From contig CAYLZE010000019.1 in the NCBI GenBank assembly GCA_964388035.1, positions 1 to 60,529 of the forward strand: a DNA stretch of 60,529 bases. Direction: 5' to 3'. The stretch is from an uncultured archaeon. GTDB taxonomy: Archaea; Asgardarchaeota; Lokiarchaeia; Sigyniarchaeales; SOKP01. The position numbers were made by a program, and so were the translations under genes. The notes beneath the pieces were generated by a model, which searched no databases, was not told the DNA's origin, and was given only the letters and a program-made list of their open reading frames with translations. Shown here piece by piece: positions 9,846 to 20,159 of this stretch. Every line of letters starts with the position of its first letter. Within the stretch, counting starts at the first letter, position 1.

Positions 9846-10679
9846 TCAAAATTTCAATGCTTCTAATTTTAAAAATTGTTCATTTAGTTCTTTAGGATCC
9901 CCTGTAGAGTATATTTTTCTGATTTGAGGTTTCGCTATCATGCAAACAAGACCAGCAAGGAGCCTCGGTATGGTTCCTACTTTAACATCAACGTAAAAGT
10001 TCCTATCTTCATCCAGCCATCCTTGTTCAAGCCAATATTTATAATCAGCATTAGTTTCATCTTTCGTCAGATTATACATGTATTTTCTTATTTTAAACCC
10101 AATTACATCTCCTGAACTTGGTTTTTTATATTTTTTTTCTCTTAATGCTTTTACGAATACTTTACAAGTTTTTTGAATCTGCTTGGTCATCTTCTTTTCT
10201 GCTCCTTCATAGGGAATCGTATTCAATTCTAATCGATTTACAAAATTAAAGCCCCAAGCATTAGCTACCATGTTGAAATACCTTGTAACCTCTTTTGCTC
10301 CAGAAATTCCGTAATTACAAACGCCTATTGCTATTTTTCTAAAAAAGCGAGGTCTATGAAAAATGTATGAAAACCGGTCGAAAAAATTCTTCATGAGAGC
10401 GGGAACATTCAAAGCATACGCGGGAGCCATAAAAATTACGCCGTCTGCTTGATTAATCTTATTTAAAATATCGTCCCGGTCGTCTTTTCCAACTGGGCAC
10501 TTATCTTCTCCTTTAAAAAAGCAATTCAAACATCCCCGACATGATTCTAAATGAACATCTTTAAGATATAAGTATTCAAAATCCACTTCTTGAAGTAATT
10601 TTAATTCTTGTTCTAACTTTTCCATAACTATAGTCCCATATCCCTTTCTAGGACCGCCCATGATTGTTAAAACTTTCAT
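9846..10679 (-). CDS. Flavodoxin-like / iron-sulfur flavoprotein (NADPH-dependent FMN reductase family)
   Basis: GGPRKG, CRGCLNC...C, ADGVIFMAPAY, MKNFFDR. Confidence 0.85.
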   Translation of the reverse strand: MKVLTIMGGPRKGYGTIVMEKLEQELKLLQEVDFEYLYLKDVHLESCRGCLNCFFKGEDKCPVGKDDRDDILNKINQADGVIFMAPAYALNVPALMKNFFDRFSYIFHRPRFFRKIAIGVCNYGISGAKEVTRYFNMVANAWGFNFVNRLELNTIPYEGAEKKMTKQIQKTCKVFVKALREKKYKKPSSGDVIGFKIRKYMYNLTKDETNADYKYWLEQGWLDEDRNFYVDVKVGTIPRLLAGLVCMIAKPQIRKIYSTGDPKELNEQFLKLEALKF

Positions 10680-10890
10680 TTTTAACAGCCTTATTTCACT
10701 ACTTAATTAATGATAATATGGGGGCAACGATAAAAGAAACAATAGGAGACCAATTTTTCAAAATTCCATCTTAAATATGCCTCTTTCTTAAAGAAAGAAG
10801 ATTAATAAATGTATTCTAAAAATTAAATAAAGAATTAAGTTGTTATTATACATTTGAAATTTGATCCTTAAAAAGTCTCTATTCTAGAAA
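10657..10890 (+). repeat. Duplicated segment (flavoprotein 5' end plus upstream intergenic), second copy at ~12482-12720
   Basis: Shared CCCATGA..GTTAAAA.TTTCA, TTTCACTACTTAATTAATG, AATAGGAG.CCAATTTT, AAAGAATTAAG, ACATTTGAA. Confidence 0.85.
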
Positions 10891-10914
10891 TGTTGGGAGT
10901 CCAATTTAATATAT

Positions 10915-10972
10915 TCGTGTGAGTGAAGTCAGACTGTTAATTTTGAGAGTAAATAAATCGTTGGATAATTAA
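10915..10972 (+). pseudogene. Remnant of the Hsp20 gene 3' end
   Basis: Reads ..LLILRVNKSLDN* versus ..LVILRVNKSMNN* at the end of 12911-13528; GAGTAAATAAATCG is shared. Confidence 0.8.
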
Positions 10973-11062
10973 ATATCAATTAAAATTATATAAATAAACA
11001 AATTAAAGAAATAGTATAGGTCGAATCAAATTAATTGACGTGAAAAAAGAAGTGAGAATAAT

Positions 11063-12421
11063 ATGGGTTTTGCTAGAGAGTTTAAAGGAAAGTTTTGTAA
11101 ACTCAGAGTCAAGGATGCGTTTAAAAATGATGCCGGGAGAGGACTCGTGCGAATTGATCCTATTATAGAGGATGATTTAAACCTGCGAACGGGAGATGTT
11201 ATAGAAATTCTTCATCCGTTAATTAAGAAGAGAACGGCTGCGTTATTATTTCCCGGCAAGGATGAAGATAAAGGATCTAATACAATACGGATTGATCCTT
11301 CACTGCGGAGGAATTTAAATGTCTCAATAGATAATGTCGTAGTAATAAGAAAGATAGAGGCTGCGTTAGCTACCAAGGTTACATTTGCAGGATTGGAGAT
11401 AGCAGTAAACTTGAGGAATTCCCAGCAATTGGCAAAAAAATTAGAAAATCGCATTATTACCAAGGAAGATATCTTGGGCTTCTATGCCAATGAAAGGAGG
11501 GTAGATTTAATTGTTGTTGATTACACCCCACGGGCAGATGCCGTGCGGATTCACGTGGATACAAAAATCATTTTATCTGAAAAAAGTCATAAAGAGCTTC
11601 AAGAATTAGAACGGAGTAGAGTGACTTATGAGGATATTGGGGGATTGGCAGATGAGATCCAGAAGATTAGAGAAATGATTGAATTGCCAATTCGTCATCC
11701 AGAATTATTTAAACGCATTGGTATTGATCCTCCGAAAGGCGTATTGCTTCATGGACCACCAGGGACAGGTAAAACTTTACTAGCACAAGCGGTTGCAAAT
11801 GAAACAGAAGCTAACTTCATAAGGATAAATGGTCCCGATATCATGAGCAAGTTCTACGGACAGAGCGAAAAGAATTTAAGAAATATATTTACAGAAGCGA
11901 AAGAAATGGCTCCTTCCATTATCTTTATTGACGAGTTGGATTCCATTGCTCTAAAAAGGAGTAAAGTAAGGGGAGAAGTAGAGCGAAGAATGGTAGCCCA
12001 ATTATTATCCTTAATGGATGAATTAGAAGGAAGGGGAGAAATCGTTGTCATTGGAGAGACTAATCGGGTGAATGATGTAGATCCTGCATTGCGTCGACCG
12101 GGCAGATTCGATAGAGAGATTGAGATCGGGGTTCCTGATGCGGATGGAAGGTATGAAATTTTACAAATTCACACTCGAGGGATGCCTTTATGTCAGGATG
12201 TAGATTTAAGGTTCATTGCCAAGAAAACCCAAAAATTCGTGGGAGCAGATGTTGAAGCCTTGACTAAAGAAGCCGCCATGTTGGCGATCAGAGAAATATT
12301 ACCTAAAATTAATCTTGATAAACCCATTCCAGTGAAATTATTAACCAATTTGAATATAAAAATGAAGCATTTTCAGACAGCCATTACGGTTATCAAGAAT
12401 CAATTCAAAAAGATGAATTAG
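11063..12421 (+). CDS. cdc48: Truncated CDC48/VAT paralogue (N domain plus D1 AAA ring only)
   Basis: Collinear with the first ~440 residues of 13620-15842; [15 protein letters not shown] and RRPGRFD intact; no D2. Confidence 0.9.
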   Translation: MGFAREFKGKFCKLRVKDAFKNDAGRGLVRIDPIIEDDLNLRTGDVIEILHPLIKKRTAALLFPGKDEDKGSNTIRIDPSLRRNLNVSIDNVVVIRKIEAALATKVTFAGLEIAVNLRNSQQLAKKLENRIITKEDILGFYANERRVDLIVVDYTPRADAVRIHVDTKIILSEKSHKELQELERSRVTYEDIGGLADEIQKIREMIELPIRHPELFKRIGIDPPKGVLLHGPPGTGKTLLAQAVANETEANFIRINGPDIMSKFYGQSEKNLRNIFTEAKEMAPSIIFIDELDSIALKRSKVRGEVERRMVAQLLSLMDELEGRGEIVVIGETNRVNDVDPALRRPGRFDREIEIGVPDADGRYEILQIHTRGMPLCQDVDLRFIAKKTQKFVGADVEALTKEAAMLAIREILPKINLDKPIPVKLLTNLNIKMKHFQTAITVIKNQFKKMN

Positions 12422-12480
12422 GAAAGAAAAGTAAAAATCATATTGATAATTTATATGGGTTCGGAGAATCCGAAGAGATT
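12391..12480 (+). pseudogene. TrmB gene fragment (copy of ~8000-8093) fused to the end of the short CDC48
   Basis: ATGAATTAGG, TATTGATAATTTATATGG and AGAATCCGAAGAGATT are shared with trmB. Confidence 0.85.
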
Positions 12481-12481
12481 C

Positions 12482-12720
12482 CCCATGACCGTTAAAATTT
12501 CACTTTTAACTGCCTTTTTTCACTACTTAATTAATGGATAATATGGGGTAATGATACAATATAATAATAGGAGCCCAATTTTTCTAATTTCTATCTAAAT
12601 TAAGAATCTCATTATATTATAAAATTAAAAAAAAAGTTCTTTTTTATAGAAGACAAAAAAAGAATTAAGCCGGTCTGAAACATTTGAACTTCTCTCCTCA
12701 AAAAGGATTCTATCTTGATA
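12482..12720 (+). repeat. Second copy of 10657-10890
   Basis: By-eye alignment; the flavoprotein start (CAT on + strand) appears here as CAC. Confidence 0.85.
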
Positions 12721-12844
12721 CCTCTCATGTTCTATTAGATACCTTTTATTATAATCAATAGGAGCTTTGCTTTTTTTTTTAATAGAAGTTAATAAAAACC
12801 TTTTAATAAGTGGCATTTTATAAATATAGTAGTGAAAAGAGAAG

Positions 12845-12865
12845 TTGTCAAGAAAGTTTTTACAA
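12845..12865. promoter_or_regulatory. Putative heat-shock repressor operator TTGTCAA-N7-TTTACAA upstream of hsp20
   Basis: Near-perfect inverted repeat ~20 bp downstream of the TATA-like TTTTATAAATA. Confidence 0.5.
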
Positions 12866-12910
12866 TTTATATTTTATCTATCATAAATTATGAATATGAA
12901 GGGATAAAAA

Positions 12911-13528
12911 ATGGATGACAATGATGATGACTATATAGATTTTTATGAAAAAATAAAGGATTTTTTTAAGCACAATCCTAAAGTTTTCGATTTAGATTTT
13001 CTGATATTCACGGAACCCCAAAGTGGATCGGGTGATAAGAAAAAGAAATCGAAACCCGTAAAAGTTCATTATCATTTTGAACCGGGCATGGATAAACCCG
13101 ATGTAAAAGTTGAGGGAAATGTCAATGAACAAGATTTAAATGAATACTTTAAAAATTTCCGTTTTCCTTTTAACCCTCGAATGAGTGAGAGTACAAACAT
13201 TAAAAGAAATAAGGCATTCGATGCGAATAAATTATCATTGGAACCAGAAATAATTAAAGAAGCACCATCGGTAATAGAACCCAATTCTGAAATAAATGAA
13301 AAGGAAAATTGTCTTGATTTGGTATTTGAAGCGCCTGGTGTGGAAGAAGATGATGTTATCTTAAGTTTTAGTGATGATGGACTGAGCATGAACTTTTCTG
13401 CGGAAACGAATGATCGAAGGTATTTTAAACACGTCCATCTTCCCAGCACGTGCACTTTTAAGGGATATCAATTAAGTGTGAACAACGGACTGGTCATTCT
13501 GCGAGTAAATAAATCGATGAATAATTGA
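12911..13528 (+). CDS. Small heat-shock protein (Hsp20/alpha-crystallin family, archaeal type)
   Basis: EP...LVFEAPGVEEDDV, RRYFKHVHLP, NNGLVILRV; adjacent to cdc48. Confidence 0.82.
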   Translation: MDDNDDDYIDFYEKIKDFFKHNPKVFDLDFLIFTEPQSGSGDKKKKSKPVKVHYHFEPGMDKPDVKVEGNVNEQDLNEYFKNFRFPFNPRMSESTNIKRNKAFDANKLSLEPEIIKEAPSVIEPNSEINEKENCLDLVFEAPGVEEDDVILSFSDDGLSMNFSAETNDRRYFKHVHLPSTCTFKGYQLSVNNGLVILRVNKSMNN

Positions 13529-13619
13529 ATATCATATTAATAATATATAAATAACAAGATTAAAATAAAAATTCAAGTAGAATTAAATTAATTGACGTAA
13601 GAAAAGATGTGAGAATAAT

Positions 13620-15842
13620 ATGAGTTTTGCGAGCGAATTCAAGGGAAAAAGCCACAAGATCCGCGTCAAAGATGCATTTAAAGAAGACTCCGGCAGGGGA
13701 ATAGTACGATTGGACCCAACTGTTGAAGAAGAGTTGAAATTGCGCACGGGAGACGTGATTGAAATCTTGCATCCCGTAATTAATAAGAGAACCGCCGCGT
13801 TATTATATCCGGGTCGAGAAGAGGATAAAGATACTAATACCATAAGGATTGATCCCTCACTGCGGAGGAATTTAAATGTTTCTATTGATGATGTAGTAGA
13901 AATTAGGAAAATAGATGCTGCGTTAGCTACCAAGGTTACTTTTGCTGGATTGGAGGAAGCAGTGATATTGAGAAATTCCCAGCAATTGGCGAGAAAGTTA
14001 GAAAATCGTATTATCACCAAGGAAGATATTCTAAGTTTCTATGCCATGGGGCGTAGGGTAGATTTAGTGGTTGTGGACTATACTCCAAGGTCAGATGCCG
14101 TGCGGATTCACGTGGATACAAAAATCATTTTATCTGAAAAAAGTCATAAAGAGCTTCAAGAATTAGAACGGAGTAGAGTGACTTATGAGGATATTGGGGG
14201 ATTGGCAGATGAGATCCAGAAGATTAGAGAAATGATTGAATTGCCAATTCGTCATCCAGAATTATTTAAACGCATTGGTATTGATCCTCCGAAAGGCGTA
14301 TTGCTTCATGGACCACCAGGAACGGGTAAAACATTATTGGCACGAGCGGTTGCTTATGAAACCGAAGCACATTTTATAACAATAAGTGGACCCGAGATCA
14401 TGAGCAAGTTCTACGGACAAAGCGAAGAGAATTTAAGAAAAGTATTTACTGAGGCAAAAGAAATGGCTCCCTCTATTATCTTTATAGACGAACTGGATTC
14501 CATCGCTCCAAAAAGGGGTGAAGTGACGGGAGAAGTAGAGAGGAGAGTGGTGGCTCAATTATTATCCCTAATGGACGGTTTAGAAGGAAGAGGAGAGATC
14601 ATCGTTATTGGCGCGACCAATCGGGTAAATGATATAGATCCTGCATTACGTCGACCGGGTAGATTTGATAGAGAGATTGAGATTGGAGTTCCCGACACGG
14701 ATGGGAGGTATGAAATTTTGCAAATTCATACTCGAGGGATGCCGTTATACCAGGATGTAGATTTGAGACTCATTGCGGAGAAAACCCACGGATTTGTGGG
14801 TGCGGATGTTGAGGCTTTGGCGAAAGAAGCTGCCATGTTGGCGATCAGAGAATTATTACCTAAAATCAATCTTGATAAAACCATTCCAGCAGAATTATTA
14901 AACGATTTACAAATTAAAATGGAAAATTTTCAAACGGCGCTCATGAGTATAGAACCGTCTGCATTACGAGAAGTCTTAATTACTCAACCCACGGAGACCT
15001 GGGAGGATGTAGGTGGGTTAGATAATGCCATACAACAGCTGCAGGAAGTAATAGAATGGCCTTTAAAGTATCCTCAGTTATACAGTCATTTACATTCGAA
15101 ACCTCCGAGTGGAATCTTGTTATATGGGCCTCCAGGAACTGGAAAAACACTTGTAGCAAAAGCTTTAGCTCATGAAAGCGAGGTAAATTTCATTTCAGTC
15201 AAGGGACCAGAATTCTTATCCAAATGGGTGGGAGAGAGTGAAAAAGCCGTGAGGGAAACCTTTAGGAAAGCGCGGTCTGCCTCCCCTTGTATCATATTCT
15301 TTGATGAAATAGACGCCATCGCGGGAATGAGAGGGCGATATGCAAGTTCCCAAGTCACGGAGCAAGTAGTTTCTCAATTATTGACTGAAATGGATGGATT
15401 AGAGAGCCTGAAAGATGTTATTTTAATTGCGGCAACTAACAGAATGGACATGTTAGATCCTGCGCTTTTAAGGGCGGGTAGGTTTGGAAGACACGTTGAG
15501 ATTCCCTTACCCGATTTAAATGCAAGAAAAACCATTTTTAAAATTCATATCGGGAATAAACCGTTAGCTAGTGATGTGAATATAGAGAAAATGGCAGAAG
15601 CGTTAGAGGGATATACGGGGGCAGATATTGCAGCAATCTGCGAGGAAGCAACCCTAATAAGGATAAGAACTGCAATTTTAGAAGAAGCGACTAATCCTTA
15701 TGAAGAAGAGAGCATAAAGACGGTTAAAATAACGAGAGTAGATTTTGACGCAGCAATTGAAAAGATATTGAAATCCGCAGATAAGGCCCAAGAAGCGTAT
15801 AAACGATACGCCAAGGAACCTTCAGAAGAATTGTATAGATAA
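13620..15842 (+). CDS. cdc48: CDC48/VCP/VAT AAA+ ATPase (full length, N-D1-D2)
   Basis: Two Walker A (GPPGTGKT) and Walker B sets, KWVGESE pore loop, C-terminal LYR (HbYX). Confidence 0.97.
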   Translation: MSFASEFKGKSHKIRVKDAFKEDSGRGIVRLDPTVEEELKLRTGDVIEILHPVINKRTAALLYPGREEDKDTNTIRIDPSLRRNLNVSIDDVVEIRKIDAALATKVTFAGLEEAVILRNSQQLARKLENRIITKEDILSFYAMGRRVDLVVVDYTPRSDAVRIHVDTKIILSEKSHKELQELERSRVTYEDIGGLADEIQKIREMIELPIRHPELFKRIGIDPPKGVLLHGPPGTGKTLLARAVAYETEAHFITISGPEIMSKFYGQSEENLRKVFTEAKEMAPSIIFIDELDSIAPKRGEVTGEVERRVVAQLLSLMDGLEGRGEIIVIGATNRVNDIDPALRRPGRFDREIEIGVPDTDGRYEILQIHTRGMPLYQDVDLRLIAEKTHGFVGADVEALAKEAAMLAIRELLPKINLDKTIPAELLNDLQIKMENFQTALMSIEPSALREVLITQPTETWEDVGGLDNAIQQLQEVIEWPLKYPQLYSHLHSKPPSGILLYGPPGTGKTLVAKALAHESEVNFISVKGPEFLSKWVGESEKAVRETFRKARSASPCIIFFDEIDAIAGMRGRYASSQVTEQVVSQLLTEMDGLESLKDVILIAATNRMDMLDPALLRAGRFGRHVEIPLPDLNARKTIFKIHIGNKPLASDVNIEKMAEALEGYTGADIAAICEEATLIRIRTAILEEATNPYEEESIKTVKITRVDFDAAIEKILKSADKAQEAYKRYAKEPSEELYR

Positions 15843-15906
15843 AAGCGTTGCAACGATTTTATCGTTTTAAAATAAATGGAACATAAAATAAGGAGGAGAA
15901 AAAAAA

Positions 15907-16692
15907 TTGGAAGCCGAAAAACAAGCTCAGAAAGGAGTTAATCTTAGTCTAGATTCCTTATTGGAAATTTTGGGAAATCCAACAAGAAGAGTAATGTTAG
16001 CTAAACTTGCGAAAGTACCTCATTCCACTTCGGAATTAGCGCGATCCCTTAAAATCTCCCGACAAGCAGTACACAGTCAGCTTGATATTTTAACCAGCAG
16101 TAATCTCATAGAGAAAATCGGGCCAACAGATAAGAGAGGAAGTAAATACAGAATCAAATCAAATATAAACGTTAGAATTGATCTTTCTCCCGATTATTAT
16201 AATATCAGTTACAAGTTCTTTGATATCAAGAGTAAAGACATGAAAATAGCCTTGAATGATGCAGGAGTCACGCAAGAATTCTTTTCAAAAAAACCAAGCG
16301 AAAAAACCAAGGAAATTGCCAAAACAATTAAAGAGATTGAAACAGAATTAGAAGGGATAGAGTTGAAAAGACAATCCTTGATTAAAAGTAAGCAATGTTT
16401 AATTTCAGAACTAAAAAACATTATTGAAATGAATTATGATACGGCTTTCATTAAGGAAGATCCGGAATACGATAATTTAGAGAAAGAAATTGCTCTTTCT
16501 CTATTTTTTAAACCGAAACGGTATTTTAAACGTATAAATATCGATAAACTCTTAGAAGATCTCTTTTTTTCAGATATGGGGGTAATAAGAAAGGAACAAA
16601 GCAATTTATTAGTGAAACGTTTGCTAAAGGATATATCAAAATTCATGGATTTTATTTACGAAGAAGATGAATCTTGGTTCTTTGATATTTAA
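15907..16692 (+). CDS. ArsR-family HTH regulator with coiled coil (HSR1/Phr-like heat-shock regulator candidate)
   Basis: LGNPTRRVML...ELARSLKISRQAVHSQLDIL; cluster context; TTG start after AGGAGGAG. Confidence 0.8.
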   Translation: MEAEKQAQKGVNLSLDSLLEILGNPTRRVMLAKLAKVPHSTSELARSLKISRQAVHSQLDILTSSNLIEKIGPTDKRGSKYRIKSNINVRIDLSPDYYNISYKFFDIKSKDMKIALNDAGVTQEFFSKKPSEKTKEIAKTIKEIETELEGIELKRQSLIKSKQCLISELKNIIEMNYDTAFIKEDPEYDNLEKEIALSLFFKPKRYFKRINIDKLLEDLFFSDMGVIRKEQSNLLVKRLLKDISKFMDFIYEEDESWFFDI

Positions 16693-16807
16693 TCATGTCA
16701 TTTTTTTTCACTTGTCTCTAATTAAATTCCGAAAAGATGATTCAATACAGCTAATAATCGAAAAACTGAGGTGATAAGAAATAAAAATCAAAGAAATTAA
16801 AGAAGAA

Positions 16808-17278
16808 ATGCCTGAAATATTCGAAAAAGTTAAAAAAGATGTCAAGAGAATATATAATCGACAAAGAGCAGGATTAAATTTAGGTTTAGTAGAAATGGGA
16901 ATGTTTAGAGGAGGTTTCATTGGTGGAATGCATTTTTCTCCTGGAACGGAGATTGTAATGAACAAGACCCCATTAAAAAAGATTGTGGAAAATCAACCCG
17001 ACGAAATCGTAAGAGCTTATGTATATCATATATTATTGCATGAATATATTCATTCTTTAGGGATCTTAGATGAGACCGTGTGTCAGCAAATCACTTTAAA
17101 CATAACAGAGAAGATTTTCCCACAAGATCATCCCGCAGTCGTGCTTGCTAAGAAAGGAATCGGGGCTTACTTCCCAGATTTAAATTTAATCTATGCTCCT
17201 CCCGAAATAAAGCCCGATGATATCTCTATCGAATATATAAGGGGATTTGATAAGTCTAGCTATTCTTACTATTCATAA
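16808..17278 (+). CDS. Zincin-like metallopeptidase (HExxH), archaeal conserved protein
   Basis: HILLHEYIHSLG..DE; possible ATA start at 16781. Confidence 0.7.
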   Translation: MPEIFEKVKKDVKRIYNRQRAGLNLGLVEMGMFRGGFIGGMHFSPGTEIVMNKTPLKKIVENQPDEIVRAYVYHILLHEYIHSLGILDETVCQQITLNITEKIFPQDHPAVVLAKKGIGAYFPDLNLIYAPPEIKPDDISIEYIRGFDKSSYSYYS

Positions 17279-17527
17279 AACTTAATTCATTCTTATTCTG
17301 GCATTTCAAGCTATTCCTATTGAATTGTTAATTAATTTGCTAAAATGAAATCGTTCCATTTTTTTTCTTTCGAAAAGGTCAAAATTAATTATAAAGCAAC
17401 TTTTAGCTAATTATAGGAAAAGATACACTTCATGAAGTGATTTCCCATATCTACGAATTCATCAACTTCCAAGTCTGAAGAAGAAAATATTGAAAAGCAG
17501 TTAGAGGTTGCTCCCGATCAGTTTACA

Positions 17528-18514
17528 TTGGAATGGAAGTATAAGGATGTGGATAAAAAACTAACCTATGACATCAAAAAATGCATTGGCTGTAGTTTAT
17601 GTAAACTTGTATGCCCCGTGGACGCCATTACTCTGGGACCCATCCCAGAAATTGCCCAGGGAATTCTCGATGATACCAATCCAAAGTTATTGATTGACCA
17701 TGATAAATGCTGTTATTGCATGCTTTGTGTTATAATTTGCCCCAATGATGCTTTTAATCAAAATATTACTCCCAATGATCAAATTCTTTTAGATCAATAT
17801 CCCACCTTAGACAAATTTTACAAGATTGATTTAGAAAAATGCATTGAGGATGAAAACAACGAGATTTGTCAATCTTGTCTTAAAGCTCGGGAAAGAAATA
17901 ATATAAAAGAATATTATCGGCTTCAAAAGGAATGCCCTGCCAAGTGCTTTTCCATTAGTTCTCCCATAAAAGGGGAAGTCATCATTAAGAAGCCAATGCT
18001 CTGGAAATGCGATCCTCAAGGATGCAAAGCCTGTGTTAATATCTGCCCTACGGAATCTTTCTTCATCCCTGAAAGCGCGGAAGATGTGAAAACGTATGGA
18101 AAAATAGCATGTAATGAGGACGCCTGTTTCTATTGCGGGGCTTGCGAGAATTCATGTCCCGATAACTTGATAACCGTGAACAGAACAGACATCATTGTCA
18201 TTGATCCGAAAGAGATGAAAAATTATCCTTGGATTAATGCATGGGTAAAGCATATTAAAAATATCTTGAGAAAGAGACTAATAGAAGGAAAAGAGCAGGT
18301 GGAAATCCCTCTCATCGAAAAAGAAATCGAAGAGATACAAGCCACTCTCGAAGAAGAAGTACCTCAATTGAGCGAGGCGGACAAAAAGAAATTAGACGAA
18401 TTGAATAAAAAGGTCCAAAGCTTTCTTCACTCTACAAAAATTAGATACTGGCTGGAAGCAAAAAAAACGGATAAAATTACCACGGAATTGAAGAAAAAAT
18501 TAGAATCTGATTAA
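17528..18514 (+). CDS. Multi-[4Fe-4S] polyferredoxin (FwdF-like)
   Basis: Four CxxCxxCxxxCP-type motifs plus additional Cys; the frame is open upstream to 17441. Confidence 0.85.
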   Translation: MEWKYKDVDKKLTYDIKKCIGCSLCKLVCPVDAITLGPIPEIAQGILDDTNPKLLIDHDKCCYCMLCVIICPNDAFNQNITPNDQILLDQYPTLDKFYKIDLEKCIEDENNEICQSCLKARERNNIKEYYRLQKECPAKCFSISSPIKGEVIIKKPMLWKCDPQGCKACVNICPTESFFIPESAEDVKTYGKIACNEDACFYCGACENSCPDNLITVNRTDIIVIDPKEMKNYPWINAWVKHIKNILRKRLIEGKEQVEIPLIEKEIEEIQATLEEEVPQLSEADKKKLDELNKKVQSFLHSTKIRYWLEAKKTDKITTELKKKLESD

Positions 18515-18743
18515 ATGGTTTATTATCAATAATAACTCGTTGCCTTAATTTCAAGTTAAAGCGCAAGCATTTATGAAATACCCCCTTTTTTTAAATATTC
18601 AATAAAACTACCATCAATTTATCTTTCCATTATTGTCTATGTTGCTGAATTAGAACTAAACTTGTAAATAATCAAAAGACTTGTAATTGTATCTAATTTT
18701 TCATGAGATGGTAATCAATTCATCTATAATCCCATTTTCCCTA

Positions 18744-18837
18744 TTGGTGGAATAGGCGCAAATTTATAAATTGGGAGTTCATTATATACATCATCAAAAT
18801 AACTTTTAAAACGTAGTGAAATTCTAAATGGAAGAAA
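18744..18837 (+). repeat. Duplicated promoter/leader block, copy 1 (copy 2 at 20389-20483)
   Basis: GGTGGAATA.GCGCAAATTTATAA.T..GGAGTTCATTAT...CATCAAAATAACTTT...AACG.AGTGAAATTC.AAATGG. Confidence 0.9.
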
Positions 18838-20054
18838 ATGAAGAATTACCATATGTATATAAAAGAAAACCCCGCCATCTGGATGAAACGAGCGCAGACG
18901 ATAAGTTTGACGTCCTTGTACCCAAGAGAAATCTCATCTTGCTCGTCGTAATTTTCGCAGCTTTATATTTTGCTCAGTTTTATTATTTTAGCGGGCTATA
19001 TTATCAAGTCATGTATCCCGCAAGTTATGATCCCGAGGCTGGTTTTTATTGGTGGGCACCCTTGGTATTTCTCGCGATTATTATTGTGCCCATATTAGCC
19101 TGGGGTGAATTTGGTTCAAGAATAGCATCTAGCAGCATTACCAAATATTTGAAAAGAACCGTATCAAAAAAGATGCCTGGACCGGCCGAAATTATATTGG
19201 GCTATCCCATGAAGACTAAGGACATTTATTATCTCGAAGCATATCCTGTAGATTTGGATTTGGGAAAATCCCTTGTAGGAGTTAAGATCTTTATTAAAAG
19301 AGTTTTGGAGGTCTTATTCCTCGCAATGGGCATGAGTGTTACAATTGCTCAAATAGCAGCACCTTTCTTATATTCCAAAATCGTCGCAGTGTATCCGGAC
19401 ATGTATTGGAACATAGAGGAGTTGATCATTGATTTAACGCTTTATTTAGGACCCTTCGCTTTGTTAATCCTCACATTCATCATGCCGGTGTTTTGGATTT
19501 CTGAGGACATTCAAGCCTATCGAATTAACGAATATCAAGACTCTGTCCGGTTGGGATTTTATTTAAGAACGGGATTATTAAGCAAAATACTTGGATTTTT
19601 TGGGATTATTTTAGTCTTTAACTTGGCCCAAGAATTTGCTACCGCCCTTTTAGTGGGAGAAACCGAAATTTCATATTCAGAATTAATGGCAACGCCTGAA
19701 CTTGCCTTCCAATTATACTCCACAGTGATAATCTGGTTTGCTCTTATTGTGGGAATGAGTGCCGCAATGCCCTTTTTAGTCACTCTCGTCTATTTATCCC
19801 TCTATCATTCAAAATGGGTGAATAACACGAGAATTAGGGCGAGCGAGTTCATGAAATTAGGCACGTTGGAAGTAGAAAACCCCAAAGTTGAGAATTTAAA
19901 ATATCTCAAGCATCCGGATAAGTTTGACACGACTAGTGGCTTTTTTCAGACCACGGTTGGAAAAATTGTACTAATTTGCTTGATAGGGGTTGCAGGAGCG
20001 ATTTGCATTTATCTCGCATTTATATTAGGATTCGAGGAAGCTTTATTTCCTTAG
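18828..20054 (+). CDS. Multi-pass membrane protein, unknown function
   Basis: 408 aa with about 7 hydrophobic segments. Confidence 0.8.
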   Translation: MEENEELPYVYKRKPRHLDETSADDKFDVLVPKRNLILLVVIFAALYFAQFYYFSGLYYQVMYPASYDPEAGFYWWAPLVFLAIIIVPILAWGEFGSRIASSSITKYLKRTVSKKMPGPAEIILGYPMKTKDIYYLEAYPVDLDLGKSLVGVKIFIKRVLEVLFLAMGMSVTIAQIAAPFLYSKIVAVYPDMYWNIEELIIDLTLYLGPFALLILTFIMPVFWISEDIQAYRINEYQDSVRLGFYLRTGLLSKILGFFGIILVFNLAQEFATALLVGETEISYSELMATPELAFQLYSTVIIWFALIVGMSAAMPFLVTLVYLSLYHSKWVNNTRIRASEFMKLGTLEVENPKVENLKYLKHPDKFDTTSGFFQTTVGKIVLICLIGVAGAICIYLAFILGFEEALFP

Positions 20055-20159
20055 CCTAATTGTATGAAATAATAAAGTAATCTTTAATTATTCCTCCTTT
20101 TTTTTCTATCTATTTTATTACTTAACTTTATTGAATTGTGGGAAATTTGATTTTCTAAA

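Noticed and set aside
12625-12816. 63-aa minus-strand ORF
   Set aside because: Low complexity, starts within the hsp20 TATA region, and lies partly in the duplicated intergenic block.
11063-15842. Diversity-generating retroelement TR/VR explanation for the near-identical repeats
   Set aside because: Mismatches are not adenine-restricted and are often at third codon positions, and there is no reverse transcriptase in the window.
17432-17440. In-frame ATG-AAG-TGA upstream of the polyferredoxin as selenocysteine readthrough
   Set aside because: The TGA is not in a redox or Cys motif, I recognised no SECIS, and the sequence is better read as an SD-like AAGTGA before an ATA start.
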